From assembly GCA_001695645.1 (NCBI GenBank), contig LVZN01000012.1, positions 90,001-122,000 of the forward strand: DNA of 32,000 bases, in the 5' to 3' direction. This DNA is from Erysipelotrichaceae bacterium MTC7. GTDB taxonomy: Bacteria; Bacillota_I; Bacilli_A; Erysipelotrichales; Erysipelotrichaceae. Below the pieces are notes generated by a model. That model did not search any database and was not told where the DNA came from. It worked only from the letters and a program-made list of their open reading frames with translations. Position numbers and translations under genes: made by a program. This document shows positions 1-7,977 of the stretch, one piece after another. The stretch's first letter is position 1, and every line of letters starts with the position of its first letter.

Positions 1-753
1 GAGGAGTTCTTTGAGAATCCAATAGATTACAGTTTTCTAGAAGCTCCTGTCGCACTTTCTATTATTTACGAAGATGCAAACATCTTGATTCTTGATAAGC
101 CAATTGGACTACTTGTGCATAGTGATATCAAAGCAGAAAAGGATACCTTGATACAACGAATTCTTCATTATCTTTATAAAAAGAAAGAGTATGATCCAAG
201 CAAGTCTCAAAGTTTTACGCCGGCTTTGGCTCATCGACTCGACCGAAATACACAAGGAATCATTATGGCAGCAAAAAATGCTGCAGCTTTACGTCATTTG
301 AATTTATTAATTAAAGAACGTGATGTGGATAAAGAGTATCTTGCTCTCATTGAAGGAAATTTAAAGAAAAAAACTGGAAATCTAGTTCACTATCATGAGA
401 AAGATAAAAATGGAAATGTTAGCATTCATGATGCACCTATGTCTGAAAAAAACAAAGAAGTACGATTGAAGTACAAAGTGCTGAAAACAACGAAAAAAAT
501 GGAAATGATTAATATCCATCTAGAAACAGGGAAATCTCATCAAATACGTGCTCAATTTGCATATATTGGACATCCTTTGGTCGGGGACACGCGCTATCAA
601 GCAAAGATTCACGATATGGACTATCAAGCACTCGCAGCATATCAAATTACATTTCATAGTAAAAATGATCGTGTATTTAGTTATTTAGACAATAAAAGCT
701 TTTGTATTCCAGAAACTGAACTGGAGAAATACTTTAAAGTAAAGAACAAGTGA
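1..753 (+). CDS. RluA-family pseudouridine synthase (5' end lies outside the window)
   Basis: Frame 1 is open from nt 1 (EEFFENPIDYSF...), so the TTG at 85 in the ORF track is internal. Motifs IIYEDANILILDKP, catalytic HRLDRNTQG and GKSHQIR are typical of RluA/RluD enzymes. Stop TGA at 751-753 is followed by a terminator. Confidence 0.85.
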   Translation, partial: EEFFENPIDYSFLEAPVALSIIYEDANILILDKPIGLLVHSDIKAEKDTLIQRILHYLYKKKEYDPSKSQSFTPALAHRLDRNTQGIIMAAKNAAALRHLNLLIKERDVDKEYLALIEGNLKKKTGNLVHYHEKDKNGNVSIHDAPMSEKNKEVRLKYKVLKTTKKMEMINIHLETGKSHQIRAQFAYIGHPLVGDTRYQAKIHDMDYQALAAYQITFHSKNDRVFSYLDNKSFCIPETELEKYFKVKNK

Positions 754-780
754 AAGTTTACATTTGTTCTTTTTCTTTCT
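743..780 (+). terminator. Rho-independent terminator after the pseudouridine synthase gene
   Basis: AGAACAA (743-749) pairs with TTGTTCT (764-770), followed by TTTTCTTTCT. Confidence 0.6.
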
Positions 781-892
781 AGTATGCTAATTTTTATATA
801 ATACAACGACATCTTATAAGTGAGTGTTTAGAACCGCGATGAACATTGGCTTATTTGATGATTTTAATTCCTACTAAAAAAAAGGACATGAG

Positions 893-920
893 TTGACATG
901 CGTTGGTTATATGCTATTAT
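893..920 (+). promoter_or_regulatory. Sigma-A-type promoter for the metalloprotease leader
   Basis: TTGACA (893-898), 16-nt spacer, TATTAT (915-920). Predicted start near 927, about 295 nt upstream of the ATG at 1223. Confidence 0.5.
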
Positions 921-922
921 TT

Positions 923-1222
923 AAGTAGGAAGTAGGGAAGGAAACAATTTCAAGCCTTTACATAGCCGCTCTTGCAGCGGCTATCGACAAAGGTTTAATT
1001 CCTACTTGATTCAAGGGTAATATGGTCTAAACCATGTAGGAAAGCCCATGAATAAAGGGATAAGCACTACATCTATTGTTGTCAGGGAAACAATAATGGA
1101 AAATCGTGAAAAGATTCATCATCCGGGAAGATTGATGGATAAAACAAAGTTCTTAATTCCTGCCGTTTGCGTGGGAAACATGGTCTAAGCCATGTAAAAG
1201 TGTGTGAAGGAGAGTCAAAGGG
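923..1222 (+). promoter_or_regulatory. Long structured 5' leader of unassigned class, with a duplicated bipartite motif
   Basis: 8-bp hairpin TAGCCGCT/AGCGGCTA (963-983). AAGTAGGA (923-930) is complementary to TCCTACTT (1000-1007), and the overlapping TTCCTAC (999-1005) is complementary to GTAGGAA (1036-1042). Units 989-1044 and 1146-1200 share TTAATTCCT, then 11 nt, then a 24-nt hairpin block matching at 21/24. Confidence 0.4.
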
Positions 1223-2338
1223 ATGAAAAAGCAATTGGGAATTGCCACTGCATTTGTGGTCGTCGCAATTGGTGCTTTTGTTTTTACAAGTCGTACCAGT
1301 GCCGACGAAATGTTGTATTCGCAAAAGGAAATGGTTGTTGAATACAATACGGAAGAAAAGATTAAACAGGACGTAAAACAAGCGTTGACGGAAGATGGGA
1401 AAGTGTTTCTACAATTTACAGAAGAAACAAAAGTGGACGCAAACGAATACAAGTTTATCGCAGAAGTAAAACAGTCAGACAATGAGATGGCGTATGCTGA
1501 TGAAATCGTAGAGGTGCTTGTGGATGTAGAAGATAGCCATGCACCAGTGATTGAAGCAAACACTGAACTTGTTGAACTTACAGAAGGTGATGCATTTTCA
1601 ATAGAAAGTTTAGAAATTAAGGCATATGATGTCATTGATGGTGAACTTGCATACAATATAACGGAAAATACTGTAGATACTTCTGCTGTTGGAGAACAAA
1701 AAATCGTGATTGAAGCAGTTGATGTAAATGAAAATACATCACGCAAAATCATTCAAGTACATGTAAAAGAGAAAGAGATTGTACAACCCGTACAACAAAG
1801 CAACGTACAAAGTGCCAATGAGGTACCTGTACAAAACCTAGCAAGTGCACAACCTGCACTTCCCGCACTTGATCGCAATAATTTATCTGTCAGAGGATGG
1901 AAAATCGTTGTCGGTGCAAATGTTAGCGACGATGTAATTCGCGCGTACATGTCAGAGTTAAACAACTTGCCAGGAAAGTATAATGCCAGTGTCTTACACA
2001 CGATTACCATTGATACCAGCATGCCATATCCATATTTAGGGATGGCCTATAGCGATGGAAGAATGTGGTTGAATGGTGCTAGTTATTATGCGACAACCGC
2101 TTTACACGAAGCAACGCACGCATATGATTTTGCGGCAAGAGCTTCACAGAATGGAGAATTCCAAGGAATCTTTCAAAGAGAAAGAGGACGTTTACCAATC
2201 AAGTTTAGTTCCAATATGAACGATAATGCGTATGAATGGTTAGCAAACGCCGTGGTCTTCTATTACTATGATCAAGGTACATTAGCTGCATCTGCTCCCG
2301 AAACTTATGCGTATGTAGCAAACAATGTATTGAGATAA
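1223..2338 (+). CDS. Secreted protein: signal peptide, Ig-like (DUF5011-type) domain and a C-terminal HExxH zinc-metalloprotease-like domain (anthrax LF / Pro-Pro endopeptidase-like)
   Basis: SD AAGGAGAG at 1207-1214. N-terminus MKKQLGIATAFVVVAIGAFVFTSRTSA looks like a signal peptide. The segment DSHAPVIEA...AYDVIDGEL...VDTSAVGEQKIVIEAVDVNENTS fits a bacterial Ig-like pattern. TTALHEATHAYDF is an HExxH motif. C-terminal NAYEWLANAVVFYYY...APETYAYV resembles the EFFAEAF...APxTFxFI tail of ATLF/M34-type proteases. Confidence 0.75.
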   Translation: MKKQLGIATAFVVVAIGAFVFTSRTSADEMLYSQKEMVVEYNTEEKIKQDVKQALTEDGKVFLQFTEETKVDANEYKFIAEVKQSDNEMAYADEIVEVLVDVEDSHAPVIEANTELVELTEGDAFSIESLEIKAYDVIDGELAYNITENTVDTSAVGEQKIVIEAVDVNENTSRKIIQVHVKEKEIVQPVQQSNVQSANEVPVQNLASAQPALPALDRNNLSVRGWKIVVGANVSDDVIRAYMSELNNLPGKYNASVLHTITIDTSMPYPYLGMAYSDGRMWLNGASYYATTALHEATHAYDFAARASQNGEFQGIFQRERGRLPIKFSSNMNDNAYEWLANAVVFYYYDQGTLAASAPETYAYVANNVLR

Positions 2339-2375
2339 ATAAAAACACAATTGGATCGCATAGCAATATGCAAAG

Positions 2376-2409
2376 AAAAACCTTGGTGCCCTCCGAAGGT
2401 TTTTTCTTT
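2376..2409 (+). terminator. Rho-independent terminator
   Basis: AAAAACCTTGG...CCGAAGGTTTTTTT stem-loop with a T-run. Confidence 0.65.
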
Positions 2410-2458
2410 ATCATATTGGTTTTAAATGATATACTTTTTGACATAAAGGAGCTATAGG

Positions 2459-3373
2459 ATGAAACTAGAGATAAAGAATATACACAAGAGTTTCGATGGA
2501 ACAGAAGTTCTACACGGAGTGAGTTTCTATGCAACAGAAGGCAGTGCATTAGGCTTGCTAGGTCGAAACGGTGCAGGGAAAACTACAACTATCCGCATTT
2601 TAATGGGTGTGTTTCATGCAAATGATGGAGAAGTCTTATTGGATGGGAAACCATTTGAACCAAATACACATAAAATCGGATATATGCCAGAAGAACGAGG
2701 CATGTACCCAAAGAAAAAAGTTCTTGAACAATTAATCTATTTTGGACAATTACGTAATGTTAGCAAACAAGAAGCTAAAGAAAATGCATTACGTCTATTA
2801 GATAAGCTAGGGATTCCAGAGTATGCAAATCGCAAACTTGAAACTCTATCAAAAGGTAACCAACAAAAAGTTCAACTTGTTCAAACTTTAATCAATGATC
2901 CGGAAATCATTATTTTAGATGAACCTTTTAGTGGTCTTGACCCAGTGAATTCGCAAATGTTAAAGGACCTAATTGAAGAAGAAATTACGCGTGGAAAACT
3001 GGTTATATTTTCTAGTCACCAGATGGGTTACGTAGAAGAATTTTGTAAGGATATCGTTATATTAAATAAAGGGGATGTCGTACTCAAAGGAGAATTGCGT
3101 AAAATACAAAAAGAGTATGGTGACCATAAGCTTATTTTAAATGCTAATAATATGACGACAAACGATTTGTCGAATCTACTTGAATCAAAATTAAAGGAAT
3201 GCATTCGAATGGTTGAAGTTAGAAAGGATTTCGTCATATTTGAAATTCTCGCAGGATATACAAAAAAAGAAATTACCCAAAAGGTGTTGGGCTTAGATAT
3301 CGATATTGATGTCTTTGGTGATTATAAACCAACATTAACAGACATCTTTGTAATGAAGGCGGGTGATGAATAA
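2459..3373 (+). CDS. ABC transporter ATP-binding protein (ABC-2 exporter type, YhaQ/NatA-like)
   Basis: Walker A GRNGAGKTT, signature LSKGNQQK, Walker B IIILDEP, plus a C-terminal extension. SD AAAGGAG lies upstream. The stop overlaps the permease start (ATAATG). Confidence 0.9.
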   Translation: MKLEIKNIHKSFDGTEVLHGVSFYATEGSALGLLGRNGAGKTTTIRILMGVFHANDGEVLLDGKPFEPNTHKIGYMPEERGMYPKKKVLEQLIYFGQLRNVSKQEAKENALRLLDKLGIPEYANRKLETLSKGNQQKVQLVQTLINDPEIIILDEPFSGLDPVNSQMLKDLIEEEITRGKLVIFSSHQMGYVEEFCKDIVILNKGDVVLKGELRKIQKEYGDHKLILNANNMTTNDLSNLLESKLKECIRMVEVRKDFVIFEILAGYTKKEITQKVLGLDIDIDVFGDYKPTLTDIFVMKAGDE

Positions 3374-4617
3374 TGAAACAGTTTCTATACATTCTACGCT
3401 GGGAGTTTTTAAATTTAGTAAAAGCCAAAGCTTATATAATTACTACCGTAGTTTTCATTATCATTGCACTTGTTGGCTTTTCAGTTCCAACGATGATGGG
3501 AGGAATTGGTGATTCAAATGCAGATACCGCAATTGTTGAGCAAGATATAGAAAAACGAAGTTATGCAGTTTATGATCCGACAAGCTTTTTAGCTGGAGCA
3601 GATATGACTTTACAGCTGTATTTACCCAATGCAACGTTTGTGGAAGTGAACTCTGATGATGCATTAAAACAATCAGTAACAGACAAAAAAGTTGATGCTG
3701 CATTATCCATACACGATGGTGGTGATTTTACTTATTATGTGAAAAACAATAGTTTAACCGATACATCGAAATATATACTTCAAGAAACGTTCTCACAAAT
3801 CAAGCGTAATCATGCATTTGCTGATGCAGGAATTGATGCAAATCAAGTCATGGACATTTATTACAGTAACACCGTTTCAGCGGATACTGTAAGCTTAGGG
3901 GCAGATGCAACCAATAGTATGATTTACACATTCCCATTAATTATGTTGATTTATATGGTCGTTGTATTGTACGGAAATATCATTGCAACAACTGTTGCTA
4001 GTGAAAAAGGTAATCGCACGATGGAACTGCTAGTAACCAGCGCAAACTCAAATGCGTTAATTTTTGGAAAGGTACTTGCAGGTGTACTTGCAGCAATTTT
4101 GCAAGTAGGTTTGTTTGTATCAGTAAGCCTCTTTGCATATTCAATCAATCGTGTAAGTTGGGGAGGTCTATTAGATTCTATTCTTAATATACCGATGGAA
4201 ATTATCGTGTCGTTTGCACTGTTTGGAATCTTTGGTTTTATCTTCTATGCATTTATATTTGGTGCAATCGGAGCACTGGTCTCTAAAAGCGAAGACGTAA
4301 ACAGCAGTGCAACACCACTTACATTTTTATTTTTGATTATTTATTTTGTTGTTTATTTTGGAGTTATGGTGGATCCTGGAGGAGTTATGTTTACCGCAGC
4401 ATCAATGATTCCATTAAGTTCGCCAATGGCAATGTTTGCGCGAATGGCAGTCGTTGATGTTCCTTTATATCAAGTAATTGTTGCATTTATACTTTTACTT
4501 GTATCTACTGTTTTGACTGGTTTTGGAGCGGCAAAGATTTACCGCAGAGGAACCTTAATGTATGGAAATCAAGTAAAGTTATCACATGCATTAAAATGGT
4601 TAAGAAAAAAAGATTAA
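3373..4617 (+). CDS. ABC-2 family permease (YhaP/NatB-like) with a large extracytoplasmic loop after TM1
   Basis: Translationally coupled to the ATPase. One N-terminal TM, then a roughly 150-aa hydrophilic loop, then 5-6 C-terminal TM segments. This architecture is typical of ABC-2 exporters. Confidence 0.85.
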   Translation: MKQFLYILRWEFLNLVKAKAYIITTVVFIIIALVGFSVPTMMGGIGDSNADTAIVEQDIEKRSYAVYDPTSFLAGADMTLQLYLPNATFVEVNSDDALKQSVTDKKVDAALSIHDGGDFTYYVKNNSLTDTSKYILQETFSQIKRNHAFADAGIDANQVMDIYYSNTVSADTVSLGADATNSMIYTFPLIMLIYMVVVLYGNIIATTVASEKGNRTMELLVTSANSNALIFGKVLAGVLAAILQVGLFVSVSLFAYSINRVSWGGLLDSILNIPMEIIVSFALFGIFGFIFYAFIFGAIGALVSKSEDVNSSATPLTFLFLIIYFVVYFGVMVDPGGVMFTAASMIPLSSPMAMFARMAVVDVPLYQVIVAFILLLVSTVLTGFGAAKIYRRGTLMYGNQVKLSHALKWLRKKD

Positions 4618-4623
4618 ACTCAA

Positions 4624-4656
4624 ATAGCAAACTTCCTAGTAAGTTTGCTATCTTTA
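4624..4656 (+). terminator. Probable terminator after the ABC-2 operon
   Basis: 11-bp stem ATAGCAAACTT/AAGTTTGCTAT (4624-4651). The T-run is weak (CTTTAT). Confidence 0.5.
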
Positions 4657-4757
4657 TATCTTGCGGCAAGTATATCAAGTATATATAGATAAATGTCGCT
4701 TGCGAGAATTATTCGTGTATAATCATATAGGATTACATAGGAAAGTCAGGTAATAAA

Positions 4758-6050
4758 ATGAAAATTGGATTTATATCATTAGGATGTAGTAAAAATTTAG
4801 TAGATAGTGAAAATATTATGGGTATGTTTCGTGGAGTTCACGAACTTGTGAATGATCCAAACGAAGCAGAAGCTATTGTTATCAATACATGTGGTTTTAT
4901 TGAGTCGGCTAAAGCGGAAGCCATTAATACCATTTTAGAGATGGCAGAGTATAAAAAGCAAAACTTAAAGAAATTAATTGTTGTTGGATGTCTTGCACAA
5001 CGTTATAAAGATGATCTAGAAGCAGAGATTCCAGAAGTTGATGCTTTTGTTTCAATTCGCGAATATCCACATTTACATGAAATATTGGAATATCATCTAG
5101 GAGAACCATTAAAAACTTATAATAAAAATGAACGTTTGCTTTCAAGTAAGCCATATACAGCATATATGAAAATTGCTGAAGGGTGCAGCAACTGTTGTAC
5201 GTTTTGTGCGATTCCTTTAATTCGTGGAGGTAATGTATCATATCCAAAAGAAGATTTGATCACACAGGCGAAAAACTTAGCTGAAACTGGTGTCAAAGAA
5301 CTTGTTCTAATTGCACAAGATACAACAAAATATGGATTGGACCTGTATGGTAAACTATCTTTGTTGGATTTACTAACTGAGTTAAATACCATTGATGGTC
5401 TTCATTGGATTCGTATTCTATATATGTATCCTGATGAAATTGAAGATTCACTTATTGATGGCATGAAGCAATTGGATAAGGTAATTCCTTATTTTGATAT
5501 ACCAATGCAACATGCAAATAACGATTTGTTAAAGAAAATGAATCGTCGTGGAACAAAAGAAGCAGTGATTGATACTATTGCAAAAATTCGTGCAACATGG
5601 AAGCACCCAACACTACGTACAACATTTATTGTTGGGTTTCCTGGTGAAACGGAACGTGACTTCGAGGAGCTTTGCCAATTTGTTAAAGATGCACGTTGGG
5701 ATCGTATGGGGGCATTTACGTATTCGCCAGAAGAAGATACAAAGGCATACGATATGGATGACCAAATTGCGGAAGATGTTGCACAGACAAGATTGGATCA
5801 ACTCATGCGTTTACAAAAAGATATAGCACTTGAAAACAATCGTGCTTTTATTGGTGAAACAGTTGAAGTTTTAGTTGAATCGCAAGAAGGATTAACTGGA
5901 AAGTATCGTGGACGCAGTAAGATGAACGCACCGGATGAAGTAGATGGACTGGTGATTTTTACAAGTGATAAGGTATTGCCATTTGGTAGTTTTGTAGAAG
6001 TAGAAATTACAGATGCACTGCCATACGATTTAATCGGAAAACAAGTGTAA
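4758..6050 (+). CDS. rimO: Ribosomal protein S12 methylthiotransferase RimO (radical SAM, MiaB/RimO family)
   Basis: N-terminus MKIGFISLGCSKNLVDSE is the RimO-type UPF0004 domain. Radical-SAM CxxxCxxC motif in EGCSNCCTFCAIP. C-terminal TRAM-like GETVEVLVE...FVEVEITDA. Length 430 aa. Confidence 0.85.
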   Translation: MKIGFISLGCSKNLVDSENIMGMFRGVHELVNDPNEAEAIVINTCGFIESAKAEAINTILEMAEYKKQNLKKLIVVGCLAQRYKDDLEAEIPEVDAFVSIREYPHLHEILEYHLGEPLKTYNKNERLLSSKPYTAYMKIAEGCSNCCTFCAIPLIRGGNVSYPKEDLITQAKNLAETGVKELVLIAQDTTKYGLDLYGKLSLLDLLTELNTIDGLHWIRILYMYPDEIEDSLIDGMKQLDKVIPYFDIPMQHANNDLLKKMNRRGTKEAVIDTIAKIRATWKHPTLRTTFIVGFPGETERDFEELCQFVKDARWDRMGAFTYSPEEDTKAYDMDDQIAEDVAQTRLDQLMRLQKDIALENNRAFIGETVEVLVESQEGLTGKYRGRSKMNAPDEVDGLVIFTSDKVLPFGSFVEVEITDALPYDLIGKQV

Positions 6051-6055
6051 TTACA

Positions 6056-6088
6056 AAGGTGTAGGCAATCGTTTACACCTTTTATTAT
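6056..6088 (+). terminator. Rho-independent terminator after rimO
   Basis: AAGGTGTA (6056-6063) pairs with TACACCTT (6074-6081), then TTTATTAT. Confidence 0.7.
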
Positions 6089-6156
6089 AAATAATCTAGC
6101 CTGTGACTTTGTAAAACACACAAATTATGTATAATTAAATTAGGGAAGGAATGTTT

Positions 6157-6318
6157 ATGAAGTTACTCAGCTATGTGTTTTTATTATTGATCATAATGGC
6201 AACTGTTGTCATATTAAATGGAAACCCGCACACGGTTACGGGTTTTATTATGATGTCTATTGCCGCTGCAGTCATCGTTATTTCCTTAGTAGCAATGTAT
6301 ATAGTTTGGCGTGAATAG
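6157..6318 (+). CDS. Small hydrophobic protein, 53 aa, two predicted TM helices (below the ORF-track size cutoff)
   Basis: Extended -10 TGTATAAT (6128-6135). SD GGGAAGGA (6143-6150) lies 6 nt before ATG 6157. Product MKLLSYVFLLLIIMATVVILNGNPHTVTGFIMMSIAAAVIVISLVAMYIVWRE. TAG at 6316-6318, then a weak hairpin and T7 run. Confidence 0.45.
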   Translation: MKLLSYVFLLLIIMATVVILNGNPHTVTGFIMMSIAAAVIVISLVAMYIVWRE

Positions 6319-6347
6319 TTGCTTTGGACCTGGACAAGGTTCTTTTT

Positions 6348-6590
6348 TTATGGTGTTGTACTTTCAATAAACCAGCGATTAATCTCATAAAACAGATTGC
6401 GCTCATTTTTGCCAATACGACAACGGTATAGAATTCCACAACCACCAACTTTACTTGCAGCTTTTCGTACTTCAAGAATACGATCGATCTTGTATTTTTC
6501 GCCATTGTGCCAAATGATATATACAGGAGTTAAACTTCCATATTCATCGCAGACAGTAATCACTTTAATGTACTTTTTAAAAAATTTCAT
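6348..6590 (-). CDS. 80-aa protein translationally coupled to the Y-family polymerase (putative TLS accessory subunit)
   Basis: ATG 6590 lies 2 nt after the polymerase TAA (minus strand ...GGTAGTTTATAATTATGAAA). Product MKFFKKYIKVITVCDEYGSLTPVYIIWHNGEKYKIDRILEVRKAASKVGGCGILYRCRIGKNERNLFYEINRWFIE. No family recognised with certainty. Confidence 0.7.
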   Translation of the reverse strand: MKFFKKYIKVITVCDEYGSLTPVYIIWHNGEKYKIDRILEVRKAASKVGGCGILYRCRIGKNERNLFYEINRWFIESTTP

Positions 6591-6592
6591 AA

Positions 6593-7855
6593 TTATAAAC
6601 TACCTTTTAAAAATCCAACCGGATGGGTGGTATGTGAACCTTTTGGATCAACGTGGCTTAAGTTTTTATCAACAAGTGCAGATGCTTGACTTACACTATA
6701 AAAACCGTACTTTTGGCGAATATCTTCTAACACAATTTCCACTTTTCTAGATTTTGCCTTCGCGATGGTATCTTCAAATAAACTAAGTTGATAATGCGTA
6801 TTTGTTTTTACAAGCCCAGAAACATGAACACCAATGCTGCGAATAGGTAAAACAAAATCATAACTTTCACCTAACAATTCCATAATAATAGATAAAATTT
6901 CATTACAAGTATCCAAGGCAACCTCAACTTTACGTTGATGGGTAAATCGATGAAGATTGGTGTCTCGCACAGACAGTGTAATGACTTTTCCCATTAACTG
7001 TTTTTCGCGTAGCCGGCATGCAACAGAATTGCTTAGTCGTTCCAATACGATTTTTGCTTCACTTGTGTTTGTAATATCTTTCGGTGTAGTCCAAGAATTG
7101 CCAATTGATTTTGGTGGTAATTCAAATGTTTCCAAAGTTACTTCACTTGTTTCCATTCCGTTTGCATAACTCCAAATTAAGACACCCATCTTACCTAATT
7201 TGTTTTTTAGTGTTGTTACAGAACTGTTTGCCAAGTCACCAATTGTTTTAATATTCATAAGTGCAAGTTTTTTAGCGGTTGAACGTCCAACCATCAATAA
7301 ATCATCAACCGGCATAGACCAAGCAAAGTCTTGAAAGTTGTCTTTTGTAATTTCAGTGATGGCATTAGGCTTTTTATAGTCGGATCCAAGCTTAGCAAAC
7401 ACCTTATTGAAACTGACACCGATGGATACGGTTAATCCGTACTCATGTAACACTCGTCTTTGAATCTCTTGTGCAATGGTAAGTCCATCCCCGAATACGT
7501 TAAGGGAGTCACTCACATCAAGCCAAGCTTCATCTAAGCCGAAATCTTCTACGCGATCAGTATACTCATGGTAGATTTCTTTTATTTTGGACGTATAGTA
7601 CAAATAATTTTGCATATTTGCTTGTACAATTTGTAACTCAGGACATTTCTTGAGTGCACTTCGAATGGGTTCTCCAGTAAGGATTCCATAGGGTTTGGCT
7701 TTTATGTTTTTAGCCAGGATAATGCCATGTCGTTGACTCTCATCACCACCAACGGCCATTGGTACTTCACGTAATGGAGGACAAAGCATTTCTTCAATTT
7801 GCGCGTAACAATGATTAATATCAATGTGTAATATCGTTCTCGATTTGTTTTCCAT
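6593..7855 (-). CDS. Y-family (UmuC/DinB/ImpB-type) translesion DNA polymerase
   Basis: N-terminus ILHIDINHCYAQIEEM..., FGLDEAWLDVS with catalytic acidic residues, SIGVSFNKVFAKLGSDYKKPN, and little-finger-like C-terminus. Strong SD AGGAGGA upstream of ATG 7855. Confidence 0.9.
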   Translation of the reverse strand: MENKSRTILHIDINHCYAQIEEMLCPPLREVPMAVGGDESQRHGIILAKNIKAKPYGILTGEPIRSALKKCPELQIVQANMQNYLYYTSKIKEIYHEYTDRVEDFGLDEAWLDVSDSLNVFGDGLTIAQEIQRRVLHEYGLTVSIGVSFNKVFAKLGSDYKKPNAITEITKDNFQDFAWSMPVDDLLMVGRSTAKKLALMNIKTIGDLANSSVTTLKNKLGKMGVLIWSYANGMETSEVTLETFELPPKSIGNSWTTPKDITNTSEAKIVLERLSNSVACRLREKQLMGKVITLSVRDTNLHRFTHQRKVEVALDTCNEILSIIMELLGESYDFVLPIRSIGVHVSGLVKTNTHYQLSLFEDTIAKAKSRKVEIVLEDIRQKYGFYSVSQASALVDKNLSHVDPKGSHTTHPVGFLKGSL

Positions 7856-7888
7856 GATCGTATCCTCCTATCTAGAGCATATCATAAA

Positions 7889-7917
7889 ATTACCAATTTT
7901 CAATGAAAAATGGTAAT
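7889..7917. promoter_or_regulatory. Candidate repressor operator in the divergent promoter region
   Basis: Inverted repeat ATTACCAATTTT-CAATG-AAAAATGGTAAT, arms matching 11/12. It is centred between the polymerase and repressor genes. Confidence 0.45.
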
Positions 7918-7942
7918 GAAATTATCTATTTTTTTATCAAGT

Positions 7943-7971
7943 TTGCATTGTTACAAATATAGTGATAATAT
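7943..7971 (+). promoter_or_regulatory. Candidate promoter of the repressor-SRAP operon, geometry implying a leaderless mRNA
   Basis: TTGCAT (7943-7948), 17-nt spacer, TG-extended TAATAT (7966-7971). The A of ATG 7978 is 7 nt after the -10. No SD precedes any of the first four Met codons. Confidence 0.4.
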
Positions 7972-7977
7972 AATGTC

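Noticed and set aside
1048-1188. 46-codon upstream ORF (MNKGISTTSIVVRETIMENREKIHHPGRLMDKTKFLIPAVCVGNMV) with a weak AGGA 6 nt upstream
   Set aside because: An open frame of this length can occur by chance, the SD is weak, and the product has no recognisable features. It is noted only as a possible leader peptide and is not called as a CDS.
923-1222. Assigning the leader to c-di-GMP-I/II or a glutamine (glnA-type) riboswitch
   Set aside because: The C. difficile PPEP-1 precedent makes c-di-GMP attractive. GGAAGTAGGGAAGGAAAC superficially recalls the glnA RNA. However, I cannot find the ACGCAAAGC / GCAAAC / GGTTGCCGA-type cores or the glnA E-loop context, so the leader is left unassigned.
1153-1752. 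199-aa antisense ORF (and the 99-aa ORF at 1082-1381) overlapping the metalloprotease gene
   Set aside because: It is a low-complexity S/T/F-rich translation, as expected from the reverse complement of GAA/GAT/GTT-rich sense codons. It has no SD and no recognisable motif. The sense ORF has a signal peptide and an HExxH domain.
6278-6750. ORFs 6278-6505 (minus) and 6397-6750 (plus) overlapping the 80-aa gene and the polymerase 3' end
   Set aside because: They overlap better-supported genes in other frames, lack an SD, and have no motifs.
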